Of a DNA stretch of 61,161 nt, positions 38,353-47,944 are shown in pieces; the stretch's first letter is position 1, and each line of letters begins with the position of its first letter. Source of the DNA: a virus (taxonomy: Duplodnaviria > Caudoviricetes). The stretch covers positions 1 to 61,161 of IMG/VR virus record IMGVR_UViG_3300037721_000087. One strand, 5' to 3'. The position numbers and the translations under genes are program-made. The notes under the pieces were generated by a model. That model did not search any database. It worked only from the letters and a program-made list of their open reading frames with translations, and was not told where the DNA came from.

Positions 38353-38949
38353 TCATCGGCTGTCCTCGTAGCCGCTGAAAGGCAGAGCGATGACCTGTCG
38401 CAGCTCTTCGACAGGAACACCACCGAACAGCGCGTAGACGTCGACCAGGTCCGCAACCAGGCCCAGTCGTGGGTCTCGCAAGTGGGCTTCGGCCACTGCA
38501 CGGCGGTCGATCTCGCGCAGAGCATCGACAACGACCTGACGGTGGTCGAAGGCCAGTTCGACCTCTCGGTTCACCACGTCGGCGACCGGCAGCCAGCGGG
38601 CATCGCTGGCGTCGTCCGCAGCAGCGGGCGCCACCGTCTTCGCGAAGGTCACGGTGTAGGCGAAGGTGACGTACCGGCCCCGGGGGTCTCGGCCTGGAGT
38701 CGCGTAGGTCCCGACCGGAACGAGGTCGTCGACATTGACCCCGCGCACGCCCGTCTCCTCGGTCAGCTCTCGCACGGCCGCTGTAGCGGTGTCCTCACCT
38801 GGGTCGACGTGCCCACCGGGCAGTGCCCATGCGCCCTGGTGCGGGTCTTTGCCCCGCTGGATCAGCAACACGCACTGCTGCCCGTCCTCACGAGTAGCCA
38901 GCAGCACGACGTCGGCGGTTAGACGCACCAGCTCGTCCAGCTTGTTCAT
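38353..38949 (-). CDS. Nudix hydrolase (ADP-ribose pyrophosphatase-like)
   Basis: Nudix box 'GGHVDPGEDTATAAVRELTEETGV'; 'RDPRGR', 'DDA', 'LAFDH'. Confidence 0.92.
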   Translation of the reverse strand: MNKLDELVRLTADVVLLATREDGQQCVLLIQRGKDPHQGAWALPGGHVDPGEDTATAAVRELTEETGVRGVNVDDLVPVGTYATPGRDPRGRYVTFAYTVTFAKTVAPAAADDASDARWLPVADVVNREVELAFDHRQVVVDALREIDRRAVAEAHLRDPRLGLVADLVDVYALFGGVPVEELRQVIALPFSGYEDSR

Positions 38950-39044
38950 GACGGCTTCCGTCCGTTGTTCAGGGACCGCGACGCGCGCTCCATCTTGCGG
39001 ATCATGTCCTCGATCCAGCGCTTGATCATTGTTCGTCCTCTCGT

Positions 39045-39263
39045 TCAGCAGTACGGGCCGGGACAGATCCCGCCCCGCATGGTCCGGGTCTTGCCGTCGG
39101 GACAGTTGTGCTGGCGCGGGGCCGGGTCCACGCCCCGGCTCGCGGCCTGGCGCTTGTGGCCCCGCTCGATGTTCTTGCAGCGCAGGCACGTGCTGCCGCG
39201 CTGGTAGGACCGGCCGCAGGCCCCGCACTTGGGGTCGGGCTTGAACGCGCTGAGCAGGCCCAT
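39045..39263 (-). CDS. Small Cys-rich (Zn-binding) protein
   Basis: CGAC, CLRC and further Cys; GAGAAGAC RBS variant. Confidence 0.55.
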   Translation of the reverse strand: MGLLSAFKPDPKCGACGRSYQRGSTCLRCKNIERGHKRQAASRGVDPAPRQHNCPDGKTRTMRGGICPGPYC

Positions 39264-39599
39264 GGTCGACGTCTTCTCTCAGGGGCAGCGCGGCCCGAGC
39301 CGGTCGGCCGGGTCGGTGTGCGAGCGGTCCGGCCCGTCGTCGGCCGCTCCGCAGTCGTGATCGGGCGCGATGTCGCGCTCGCGCCGCACGCGGGCGACGG
39401 CCTCGCGTGCGGCGACGAGCTGGTCGTCACTCATCCTCGAGCGCCTCGTCGTAGGCATCGATCGCGTCCTTGGCCTCGTCCAGAGAGGTGGCCTCATACC
39501 TGATCCAGTCCAGCAGGAAGCCCTCGTCCGGCTTGCGGCCCATCTCGGCGATGATCCCGTTCAGGTCCATGTCCTCGTCCTCTCTCTCGCTTGTGTCCA

Positions 39600-39628
39600 A
39601 GCTTAGCGCATGCCCGACACAACCGCAA
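39600..39628 (-). promoter_or_regulatory. Internal early promoter
   Basis: Minus strand reads TTGCGG-17 nt-TAAGCT upstream of the GAGAGGAC-led gene starting at 39570. Confidence 0.5.
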
Positions 39629-39631
39629 CAC

Positions 39632-39886
39632 CTAGAGCAGGGACCGCCAGAACCGGAGCGCGACCACGTTGTCCACGTCGGTCGCCGTCCCCGTGCCGGC
39701 GCACGCCCCGCACAGCTCGTCGCGCCAGAACGCCCACCACCGGCGGCGCCCGGCGGGCCCGCCTGTGCACGTCGTACAGCGCTCGACCCGGCGCCCGCGC
39801 TCGTGTCTGCCCACGCGCAGGCCCCGTACCCGCCCGTCCCCCACACCCCACCAACGACGGGCCAGGGTGCCCAGGTTCGTACTCAT
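39632..39886 (-). CDS. DnaJ-type Zn-finger small protein
   Basis: CTTCTGG and CGACAGTG; ATGA overlap. Confidence 0.5.
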   Translation of the reverse strand: MSTNLGTLARRWWGVGDGRVRGLRVGRHERGRRVERCTTCTGGPAGRRRWWAFWRDELCGACAGTGTATDVDNVVALRFWRSLL

Positions 39887-40155
39887 GCCGCAACCTGCTT
39901 ACGCCGAACGCGCCAGCGTGCCCGGTCCAGTGCGGCGTAGGTGACCCCGAGCTCGCGCGCGATCTCGACCCACGTCATGGGTCGGTCCGGGCACCGGGCC
40001 CGCAGCAGCTCCGCCTCCTCGACCAGGTCGTCCTGCGGCCAGGTGCTGCGCGGGTGGTCGACGTGCGTCCCGTGCAGCAGCGCGAGCTGGTAGCAGGTGG
40101 GGCACAGCCCCCGCGCGCGATGCTTGCGTTCGGGGTGGCACAGCGGCGTCCTCAT
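39883..40155 (-). CDS. Zn-finger/HTH protein
   Basis: 'HRARGLCPTCY' and 'TWVEIARELGVTYAAL'. Confidence 0.65.
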   Translation of the reverse strand: MRTPLCHPERKHRARGLCPTCYQLALLHGTHVDHPRSTWPQDDLVEEAELLRARCPDRPMTWVEIARELGVTYAALDRARWRVRRKQVAA

Positions 40156-41888
40156 CGCGTCACCTTCCAGCGCTTGTCGAGCATGTTGGTCGCCATCCGG
40201 ACGTTGATCCGGTCCGAGAGCCCGGCCTTGTCCAGGCCCCTGATCTCGTCCCAGCTCAGGCCCAGGCTCAGTGCCTTCTCCTGCTGTTTGGCCGAGGCCG
40301 GGCCGGTGCGCCAGCCCCGGGCCCGGTCGGCGTATGACTTGCCCTCGGGCTGCAGCAGGGCCCAGGCCTCGGCCCTGCGCCGGGCCTCGTCGAGGGTGAG
40401 CCCGTCGTCCATCCGGACCCCGTCCTTGACCAGGCCCTTCATTCGGATGTGGCCCCAGCGGTAGGTGCCGTCCGGGTTGCGCCACAGCACGGCCATCCGC
40501 TCGCCGGTGGGCAGGAACGGGGTCCCGCGCCGCTCGGTGGCCAGCCACACGAACGGGGACGCGGTGAACAGCAGGTCCAGGTCCTCGTAAGTGGCCGGGC
40601 CCTCGAGCTTGCGCCGACCAAGACCAGCCCCTGGGCTCTCGCTCGCGCCGCACCGGCACGCCTCGTCCACACCGAGCTCGGCGGCGGCCTTGAGCGTGGT
40701 CGGCAGCCCGCACTGCTCGCACGGCAGCAGGTCCAGCGCGGCCGTGTCGTACTCCGCCGAGGGCACCAGGTCGACGAGCGTCACCAGACGCTGGTGGCGT
40801 GACGCGCCGACCACGTCCAGGATCAGGCAGTCGTCCAGCCCGGCGTGGCGGCGAAGACCACGGCCCACGCCCTGCATGTAGACCCCGGGCAAGCGCGTCG
40901 GGCGCGCCCACAGGATGCAGTTCACGCTCGGCTCGTCGAAGCCCTCGACCAGGACGAACACGTTCACGATCACGCGCGTGCTGCCGGCGGCGAGCCGGGC
41001 GTACATCTCGCGCCGCTCCGGCTGCGGGGTGGTGCCCACGACGACCTCGCACGCCACGCCCTGGGCCACGAACGCGGCGCCCAGGTCGAACGCAGACTGC
41101 ACGTCGGGCACGAATGCCATCGTCTTGCGCTCGGCCGCGTGCTCGAGCCAAGCCTCGACGATCCGGTCCGCGTCCTGCGACACCATCTCGCCCAGCTCGC
41201 CGGACTGGTAGTCGCGCCCGGCCGCCGTGGTGGACACCTTCGCCTGCGCGAGGTCGACGTGGTCGGCGACCACGACCCGGCCCACGGGGCGCTTGAGCCA
41301 CGCGTCCGCGCCGGGTTCGCACGGGCCGTCGGGCCCGTTGGTGACCGCCCACGCCAGCTCGACCCGGTGCGCGACCGACTCGAACACGTCGGCCAGCCCG
41401 AACCGGTCGTGGCGCACGAACGTGGCCGTGAGTCCGACCAGCCGGGCGCCGTCGGGCTCGTAGCACCGGGCCCACCGGATCGTCTCCAGGTAGCCCTTCG
41501 AGCCGACCCGGTGGCATTCGTCCACGATCACCAGCGTGGGCAGCTCCATGTCCTTGCGCCGGGACTCGCGCCCCAGCGTCTGGATCATCGCCGTCACGAT
41601 CGGGCGCCGGTGCTCGTTGCGCCCGGCCTGCACCCGTCCGACCGGCACCTGCGGGGCGAACAGGGCGCAGCGCTTGGTGATGTCGTCGAGCACGTCCTGC
41701 TGGTGACACAGCACCAGCACGCGCCCGCCCCGGGCCACCTCGTCGGTCGCCAGCTTGCTGAGAATATGACCCTTGCCCAGGCCGGTCGGGTGCACGATCG
41801 CCGTCCTTCGGACACCGCGCTCGAACTCGTGCGCGACCGCCGCAACGGCCTCCTCCTGGTGTGAGCGCAGGGCGACCGGGGCGCTCAC
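40152..41888 (-). CDS. SF2 DEAD/DEAH-box helicase
   Basis: 'LRSHQ', 'PTGLGKG', 'IVDECH', 'GLTAT', 'VEGFDEP', 'QGVGRGLR'. Confidence 0.93.
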   Translation of the reverse strand: MSAPVALRSHQEEAVAAVAHEFERGVRRTAIVHPTGLGKGHILSKLATDEVARGGRVLVLCHQQDVLDDITKRCALFAPQVPVGRVQAGRNEHRRPIVTAMIQTLGRESRRKDMELPTLVIVDECHRVGSKGYLETIRWARCYEPDGARLVGLTATFVRHDRFGLADVFESVAHRVELAWAVTNGPDGPCEPGADAWLKRPVGRVVVADHVDLAQAKVSTTAAGRDYQSGELGEMVSQDADRIVEAWLEHAAERKTMAFVPDVQSAFDLGAAFVAQGVACEVVVGTTPQPERREMYARLAAGSTRVIVNVFVLVEGFDEPSVNCILWARPTRLPGVYMQGVGRGLRRHAGLDDCLILDVVGASRHQRLVTLVDLVPSAEYDTAALDLLPCEQCGLPTTLKAAAELGVDEACRCGASESPGAGLGRRKLEGPATYEDLDLLFTASPFVWLATERRGTPFLPTGERMAVLWRNPDGTYRWGHIRMKGLVKDGVRMDDGLTLDEARRRAEAWALLQPEGKSYADRARGWRTGPASAKQQEKALSLGLSWDEIRGLDKAGLSDRINVRMATNMLDKRWKVTR

Positions 41889-43042
41889 CGGGACCTCACG
41901 AACTGCTCCAGCAGTGCGGCGGCCAGCCTTGGAGGGACGGCGTTGCCTGCCTGCTGGTACTGCGACCCCTTGTTGCCCGTCCACGGATAGTCGGCCGAGA
42001 ACGTCTGCAGCACGCCCGCCTCGGCAACCGACACCCGGGCGCGCAGCACGCCGGAGTCGGACACGCGGGGACCGTCGCCGGGCACCTCGAACGCAGGCGC
42101 GGCGAGCGCGGGCGGATCGGGTAGGCGCCGGATGTCCCACTGCGGCACCTTGCCGGTGATGGTCACCGACGGCTCGTCGAGCTGCCGTTCGGTGCGGCCA
42201 CGCTCAGCCGCTGTACGACCCAGGGCCGATGACCCGGCATAGTTCGAACGCTGCACGATCTCGGCGAGCTGGGCGCGGCAGCGCGCGTTACCGAACACTT
42301 CTGCCCCGCCGGTATCCGTACCACCGGAGGTGACCGTCCAGGCAGGCCGGTCGGGCAGGCCCCAGCCCAGAGCCTGGGCCATCGTGACCGGCGGCGGCAG
42401 CGGAGAGCCGTCGTAGTTGCCGTCACGGCGGTAGCGCTGATTGGTCGGCACCGGAGCGGTCGGGACGAACCCCCTGGCCGCGAGCAGCACTGCGCGCTTG
42501 CGCGTCTGTGGCACGCCGAACTCCTCGGCGTGCACGATCCCGGTCCAGGTGAAGTAGCCGAGATCCACCAGGCGTTTGGCCATGTGCTCCCACAGTTCGA
42601 TCACGCCCGGCACCTGCTCCATGGCCACCCAGTCCGGGGCCAGGCGTGCGATCCAGCGCATGGGCTGGGCCGTGAGGCGCGAACGCTCATCGGCCCATGG
42701 CACGTCCGGTGCGTCCCGGCCGATTGCGTGCAGGTCGACCAGGTCCATCACGTGTTGCCGGTCCATCTCGCCGCCCCGCTTGCCGGCCATCGAGAACGAC
42801 TGACACGGCGGGGAGGCGATGAACCCGAACAGGCCGGGGGCGAACATGGCGATCGGGTAGGTCTGTACGTCGCACTCGATCCGGGCGTGCCCGGCGCGAA
42901 GAGCTGTCACGCAGGCATCGCGCGAGTTGTCCAGACCGATGCTGGCACCGGTGAACCCGGCCAGGCGCAGACCCTCTGCCCATCCACCCGGCCCGGCGAA
43001 CAGCTCGAGGACCCTGCGGTTGTCGAGAGCCTGAGCGTTCAC
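41885..43042 (-). CDS. DNA cytosine-5 methyltransferase
   Basis: 'LFAGPGG', 'SPPCQSFS', 'EQV', 'PQTRKR', 'QQAGNAVPP'. Confidence 0.93.
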   Translation of the reverse strand: MNAQALDNRRVLELFAGPGGWAEGLRLAGFTGASIGLDNSRDACVTALRAGHARIECDVQTYPIAMFAPGLFGFIASPPCQSFSMAGKRGGEMDRQHVMDLVDLHAIGRDAPDVPWADERSRLTAQPMRWIARLAPDWVAMEQVPGVIELWEHMAKRLVDLGYFTWTGIVHAEEFGVPQTRKRAVLLAARGFVPTAPVPTNQRYRRDGNYDGSPLPPPVTMAQALGWGLPDRPAWTVTSGGTDTGGAEVFGNARCRAQLAEIVQRSNYAGSSALGRTAAERGRTERQLDEPSVTITGKVPQWDIRRLPDPPALAAPAFEVPGDGPRVSDSGVLRARVSVAEAGVLQTFSADYPWTGNKGSQYQQAGNAVPPRLAAALLEQFVRSR

Positions 43043-44478
43043 CGCTGCCTCCCGGACAGGATCGAGAGCATGCCCAGCACGGCACCACCGAGCAGGATCG
43101 AGGCCCAGTAGGTGGCCGCGACCTGCTCGACGAAATCGATCGCGGACACGAGCGCGCTCACAGGTCCACCTCCTTGGCTCGCTCTTCGCAGAGCTGGACT
43201 AGCTCACGGGCCATAGCTCGCTCCGCTGGCGTGCCGCTGTAGAGCTTCTCCCGCCAGCTGGCCGCGTCCTTGCGCAACTGCTCCGCGCGTTCCTTGCGGT
43301 CGTTCACCGGAGCGAAGAGCCACCTGCGAAGAGGTCCACGAAGAGCGTCGAACCAGATGGCGTAGGGCCAAAGCACGACCCGCCAGGCCAACTGCATGGT
43401 GGCGGCCTCCCTGGCGGTCGTCGGCATGCCACTCCATGCCCTTGACGTTCGCTGGTGCACGGCCACCGCCTGCGAGCGGGCGTAGAGCAGGCCCATCATC
43501 AAGTAGCCGAGCATGGACACGAGTGTGATCACGAGCGTGCTCACGCCTGCCCCCTCCAGTACCTGATCATCTCGCGGTCCTTGGCCTCGGCCACGATGCA
43601 CGCCTGCCGGTACACGTCCGGGATGGCGGCCTCACCCCAGACGGCGGACCGGTAGGCCTCGGTCCACAGCGCAGCACGGAGCTCGTACAGGTCGGCCATC
43701 CGCGCGCAGTAGGCCTTGCGCTGGGCGGGCTTGCAGTGCCGGTCGTAGCCGGCGGCCAGCTCGTAGAGCGCGTGCGTGATCGCCTCGGTGGTCGTGAGCT
43801 TGGTCGTGTCGGTCATCACGCGCGCCCGTCCAGCTCGTTGGCGCGGGCGCGGAGGCGACGGATCGCAAGACCGAGGCCTACGTCCATCCCCGGCCCCCTG
43901 TGGGCGTCATAGAGTGCGCCTGCCAGGCGCCGCAGCTCGGCGGCCACGACCGGTGCGGCAAGCGCCGCTGCCACGAGGCGGGCGTCCGCGTCCTCCGCCC
44001 AGATGTCGTCGACCGCACGGAGCAACTCGATCGCCCTGTCCGGGACCTGCAGGTCGTTCTCCATGTTCTCGTCCTCTCGTCCGGTTCTCGTTCAGCTTAC
44101 ACCAACAGAATACAACAGGGGAAGAGGGGCCCGAGTTCGGACCTCGGGCCCCTCTAGGGCCGCAGCGCCAGCCAGACTCCGAACGCGGCGAGCGCCACGA
44201 GCACGACCGACACGAACCGGGGCGCCGGCAGGCGCCACAGCTGCACCGCCACGACCGCGATCCCGAGCGAGATGAGGACGACGACCAGGCGGGGAATCAG
44301 CCCCGCCAGCTCAACGTGCACCGTCCCGCGCGAGCACCCTGCGGCGCCAGCACCAGTACGAGCGCAGGTACATCCCACAGATCACGAACGTGGCGCCCAG
44401 CACGAGGGGGAGATTGCCCACGAGCACCCCCGATGCCAGCACGCCGAGCATGAACATGAACAAGTGCACGGCCTTCAT
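43039..44478 (-). other. Small hypothetical and membrane genes (43158-43544; 43541-43819; 43816-44064 and others)
   Basis: Coupled ORFs; GAGAGGAC at 44071-44078. Confidence 0.6.
44123..44155. terminator. Stem-loop / probable terminator before an internal promoter
   Basis: AGAGGGGCCCGAG-TTCGGAC-CTCGGGCCCCTCT; minus-strand TAAGCT at 44094-44099. Confidence 0.6.
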
Positions 44479-45551
44479 TGCGCACCGTCCCGCCGTGCCA
44501 GTTGCTCCTGCACGCGCGAGGTCAGCTCCGGCGTCCAGTGCGAGGCGTTGGCCTTCCACAGGTCCTTGAACGCTTGGCGCATGTTCGCGTCCGCCGGTAC
44601 GGCGTCGACCTGCGCGAGCAGAGGATCAGGCTCGACCTCCGGTCCCAGCTCGATGCGCGGAGCCTCGGCCGGGACGACCAGCTCCTTGCGTTTGCGCCAC
44701 TCCCGAACGGTGACGGCGAGGTCGGACAGCTGCCGGCCTGCCTGCAGGTCCACCCAGTGCAGGTCCGCCGAATTGCCGCCGGACGGAACGTGGATGATCA
44801 GGCCCCACGACTGGTTCGGGATCTTGCCCTCGGGCCACTGCGTGCGCCCGCTCTCGGGCAGGTACGGCGTGCCGTGAGAATATTCTGAGATTTGGCACGC
44901 GAATTTTAAGCCGAACCACGCGTTCGTGGCCGCGGTCTTGATGTCCGCCACGATGGACTCGTCCGGCCCGATCCGCGTTCCGTCCGGGGCTTTCATCTCC
45001 GCTCGCGGGGATACGAGGCGATCGAACGTGCCGGCCACCTCGTGGTCATCGCAGACGATGAACGACTCGATAGCGCGCACGGTGAAGTGCGCCATGAGCT
45101 CGCTGTAGGCGTCGAGCGCGTACCGGTCTTCGCCCACGTCCGGGATCGGCTCACCCCGGTCGAGCCGCTCGGTGAGCGCGTGCAGTGCGGTGCCGATCGT
45201 GGCCGCCGCCCCTGCCTCCGCGTGCTGCATCGCCTGCTCGGCGATGTCCGCCAGCGCGCGCTTGTCCGTGGGCCCGTCCCAGGTCTGGATGGACGCGGCG
45301 GCGAGGATCAGGTCCCGGCGCCGGGCGAGGCCGTAGGCCACGACCCGCTTCTTCCACTCGCCCAGGTTGGTCTGGTCCTCGAGCGTGGACCCCAGCGTCG
45401 ACGCGCGGGTGTACGGGCGCGGCTTGCCCCCGTCCGGAGGAGTGATGAGGGGTCTTCCCCAGCGATCCCTTGGGATCTCCAGCGGCGCTTCACCCGCTCG
45501 CCGCCCGGTCGGGTTCCGAGGCCCAGCCGTGGCGTTCTCCAAGCTCGTCAC
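44475..45551 (-). CDS. PD-(D/E)XK exonuclease (RecB/Cas4-like)
   Basis: 'RDRWGRPLI', 'YTRAST', 'GTALH', 'AGTFDR', 'ADIKT'. Confidence 0.85.
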   Translation of the reverse strand: MTSLENATAGPRNPTGRRAGEAPLEIPRDRWGRPLITPPDGGKPRPYTRASTLGSTLEDQTNLGEWKKRVVAYGLARRRDLILAAASIQTWDGPTDKRALADIAEQAMQHAEAGAAATIGTALHALTERLDRGEPIPDVGEDRYALDAYSELMAHFTVRAIESFIVCDDHEVAGTFDRLVSPRAEMKAPDGTRIGPDESIVADIKTAATNAWFGLKFACQISEYSHGTPYLPESGRTQWPEGKIPNQSWGLIIHVPSGGNSADLHWVDLQAGRQLSDLAVTVREWRKRKELVVPAEAPRIELGPEVEPDPLLAQVDAVPADANMRQAFKDLWKANASHWTPELTSRVQEQLARRDGAQ

Positions 45552-46210
45552 AGGTCCACCTCGCAGCACTCCCACGTGCCGAAGCCGTCGGCCCGGATGT
45601 AGTCCCCCGGCTCGAACTCGCACCCGCAGCGGGTGCACACGCCCGGCAGCATGGCCTGGAACCACGGGCCGGGGCCCGAGCGGAAGTCGGCGGCGTTCTC
45701 CAGGTCTCCCGTCACTTCCCCCGCCCCATCTCCCGCAACGCGTCCACGAGCGCGTCGCCCGAGGCCTTGTCCTTGCGGGCGGCCTCGATCGCGTCGTCGT
45801 CCTTGCGCAGGTCCTGTACGTCGACCGGCTTCTCGCTCTTGCTCATGTCCTCGTCCTCTCAGTCCCAGCCGATCAATGCTTGACGTTCTTGTTCCACCAG
45901 CGCTCGAGCTTCGCTGCCTCGCGACTCTCAGCTCGGGTGTTGGCGTCCGCCGGATGCGGCGACTTGTCGAGCTGGTAGATGCGGTCCGCGATCTCGCCGC
46001 ACCCCCGCTGGCAGCTTTCGGCGGGGGTCGTTCCGTGCGGGCACTTGCTGGCCATGTCGTTCTCCTCGTCATCATGTCCTCGCGCACCGACAGATCCGTC
46101 GTGCACGTCCAGATCCTGTTCACCCTGGCGCAGAGCGTGGGCGTGGGGTAGGAGTGGGGGCCGGCCCGGGTGCGGGGCTCCGAACACCTGCCGCACCCGG
46201 GCCAGCAGCT

Positions 46211-46483
46211 TCATCGTGCGATCGCCTGGGCGGCCTTGTGAATGGCGTCCATGTACTCCCGGTCGAGCTCCTGCACGTCGAGTGCGAGCTCGTCGAACGG
46301 GATCAGCGACCGGTGGTCGGGGTTCGAGTCGTTGCGCCACACGGCCCACGCGTCGTGCACGTCCTGCAGGGACGTCTCCTCACCCTGGGTCAGGACGAGC
46401 AGGACGTAGAGATCGGCCAGCGCGAGGTCGAGGTCGGGCAGCTCGTCGAGCAGCGCCTGACGGGCTCGCTGTACGTAGTTCAC
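46211..46483 (-). CDS. Phage hypothetical protein (RyR-repeat-like C-terminus)
   Basis: 'VHDAWAVWR...HRSLIPFDEL...ELDREY'; GAGAGGAC RBS. Confidence 0.65.
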   Translation of the reverse strand: MNYVQRARQALLDELPDLDLALADLYVLLVLTQGEETSLQDVHDAWAVWRNDSNPDHRSLIPFDELALDVQELDREYMDAIHKAAQAIAR

Positions 46484-46505
46484 GTTCGTCCTCTCGGTCG
46501 GGGGA

Positions 46506-46537
46506 AGCAGGGCGGGTGCGCGGGCACCCGCCCTGCT
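46506..46537. terminator. Stem-loop
   Basis: AGCAGGGCGGGTGC-GCGG-GCACCCGCCCTGCT. Confidence 0.6.
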
Positions 46538-46542
46538 CGTGT

Positions 46543-47145
46543 TCAGCTCGTGTGCTTGCGTGCGCGGTACTCGCGCTGCTGCGCGTTGTAGCTCTCTCGG
46601 TTCGCGGCCCGCCACTTCCGGTTGCTCTCGCGCCGCTTGTCCGGGTTGGCCTCCTCGTACTTGCGCTTGGTCTCGCGCACCTTCTCGGGGTTGGCCTGTT
46701 CGTACTTGCGCCGGGCCTCCCGCTGACAGGCGACGCAACGGTGGCGGCGGTACCCGTCACCGGTCGAGACCTGAACCCAATGCTCGGGGCCATGCCCTTG
46801 GGCGCACCTGCCGTCCCGCTCCCAGTCGAGTCCGTCCCGGTTGCGCCGGGCGTTGTTCTCGTTCGAGAGCAGTTCCATGTGCTCGACGTTCACGCACCGC
46901 CGGTTGTGGCACTGGTGGTGCACCGTCATGTCGTCCGGGATCGGACCGTGCACGGCGGTCCAGGCGGCACGATGGGCGGTGGTGCCGCGCATCGTGCCGC
47001 CTGAGTCCTGCCAGCCGACCTGTGCGTAGCCGTGGCTGGCCACGGAGTAGGTGCTCAGGACACAGCCGTTCTCGCCCGGCTCGACCTTCGCGAGCACCCG
47101 CTCCGCGACCCGCTTGGGGATCGGAATCCCCTTCGATGCTGGCAT
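46543..47145 (-). CDS. HNH endonuclease (free-standing, homing-like)
   Basis: 'GYAQ', 'AHRAAW', 'VHHQCHNRRCVNVEHM', 'EN'; basic 'YE.ANP.K.RE' repeats. Confidence 0.9.
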   Translation of the reverse strand: MPASKGIPIPKRVAERVLAKVEPGENGCVLSTYSVASHGYAQVGWQDSGGTMRGTTAHRAAWTAVHGPIPDDMTVHHQCHNRRCVNVEHMELLSNENNARRNRDGLDWERDGRCAQGHGPEHWVQVSTGDGYRRHRCVACQREARRKYEQANPEKVRETKRKYEEANPDKRRESNRKWRAANRESYNAQQREYRARKHTS

Positions 47146-47153
47146 GTTGATCT

Positions 47154-47630
47154 TCAGAAGGGAGGCTCAGAATCGGAATCGTCGTCTCCCGCACCGGCCG
47201 CGCTCGCGCTCGGCGCACTGACCAGGTTCGGGTTGTCGTCGAACCCGGTCCCGTTGCGGTAGACCTCCTTGACCTGGTCCATCTGCGCGGAGTCGCACGG
47301 GTCCATGGCCGCGAACGGGAGTGGGTTGCCGTCCCGGTCCTTGCGCTTCGTGCTGTGCTTGATCACGATCACGCCGGCCACGTCCTTGCCGACCTGCGAG
47401 CGCCGCAGGGTGGAAACCACGCCGCCCTTCTTCACCTTCATCCCGCGCACGACCTCGCCCTTGCGCTCGCCCGAGCAGATCAGCAGGTCGATCGTCACCG
47501 GCTCGGACTTGTAGCCCTCGGGTGAGGTCTCCTCCGGGTGGAACTCCCGGATCCGGGACACGACCGCAGTTGCGTCCTTCGCCAGCTCGTCCAGGTCGGT
47601 GAACCCGCCGGACGCGTTTTCCAGGGACAT
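47154..47630 (-). CDS. Putative single-stranded DNA-binding protein
   Basis: Beta-rich with acidic tail 'DDDSDSEPPF'; near the exonuclease. Confidence 0.55.
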   Translation of the reverse strand: MSLENASGGFTDLDELAKDATAVVSRIREFHPEETSPEGYKSEPVTIDLLICSGERKGEVVRGMKVKKGGVVSTLRRSQVGKDVAGVIVIKHSTKRKDRDGNPLPFAAMDPCDSAQMDQVKEVYRNGTGFDDNPNLVSAPSASAAGAGDDDSDSEPPF

Positions 47631-47690
47631 GTTCTGTTCTCGCTCTCGTTCGTGGACATGTTCGGTACTGCCGGATCGTGCTGTACGAAC

Positions 47691-47737
47691 ACACTCTAGC
47701 ACCCTTCTGGCTACTTCTGGCAACTCCATGTAGGCTC
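47691..47737. promoter_or_regulatory. Divergent promoters with 10-bp direct repeats
   Basis: Minus: TGc-TAGAGT (47693-47701); plus: TAGGCT (47731-47736) 7 nt before ATG; CTTCTGGC at 47704 and 47714. Confidence 0.6.
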
Positions 47738-47743
47738 CGGGAC

Positions 47744-47944
47744 ATGACGGATACCGAACGGTGGGTGACACGGGTGCAGGCGGCCGAGCTGCTGTCGATC
47801 GCGCCTCGCACGATCGACACCTACGTGCGTGATGGACGGCTGCCGCGCTTCCACCTGACCGGCTCGCGCACCCCGCGCTTCCGGATCGAGGACGTGCGCG
47901 CCCTCGTAGTCCCGAACGGCACGGCAGGGGAGAGCACGGAGTGA
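47744..47944 (+). CDS. Xis/BldC-like (HTH_17, MerR-like) DNA-binding protein
   Basis: 'VTRVQAAELLSIAPRTIDTYVRDGRLP...PRFRIEDV'. Confidence 0.85.
   Translation: MTDTERWVTRVQAAELLSIAPRTIDTYVRDGRLPRFHLTGSRTPRFRIEDVRALVVPNGTAGESTE

Noticed and set aside
44475-45551. Cas4 as part of a CRISPR system
   Set aside because: Standalone phage PD-(D/E)XK exonuclease; no array or other cas genes.
47744-47944. Excisionase implying integration
   Set aside because: No integrase or att site recognised; the fold is shared with transcription regulators.
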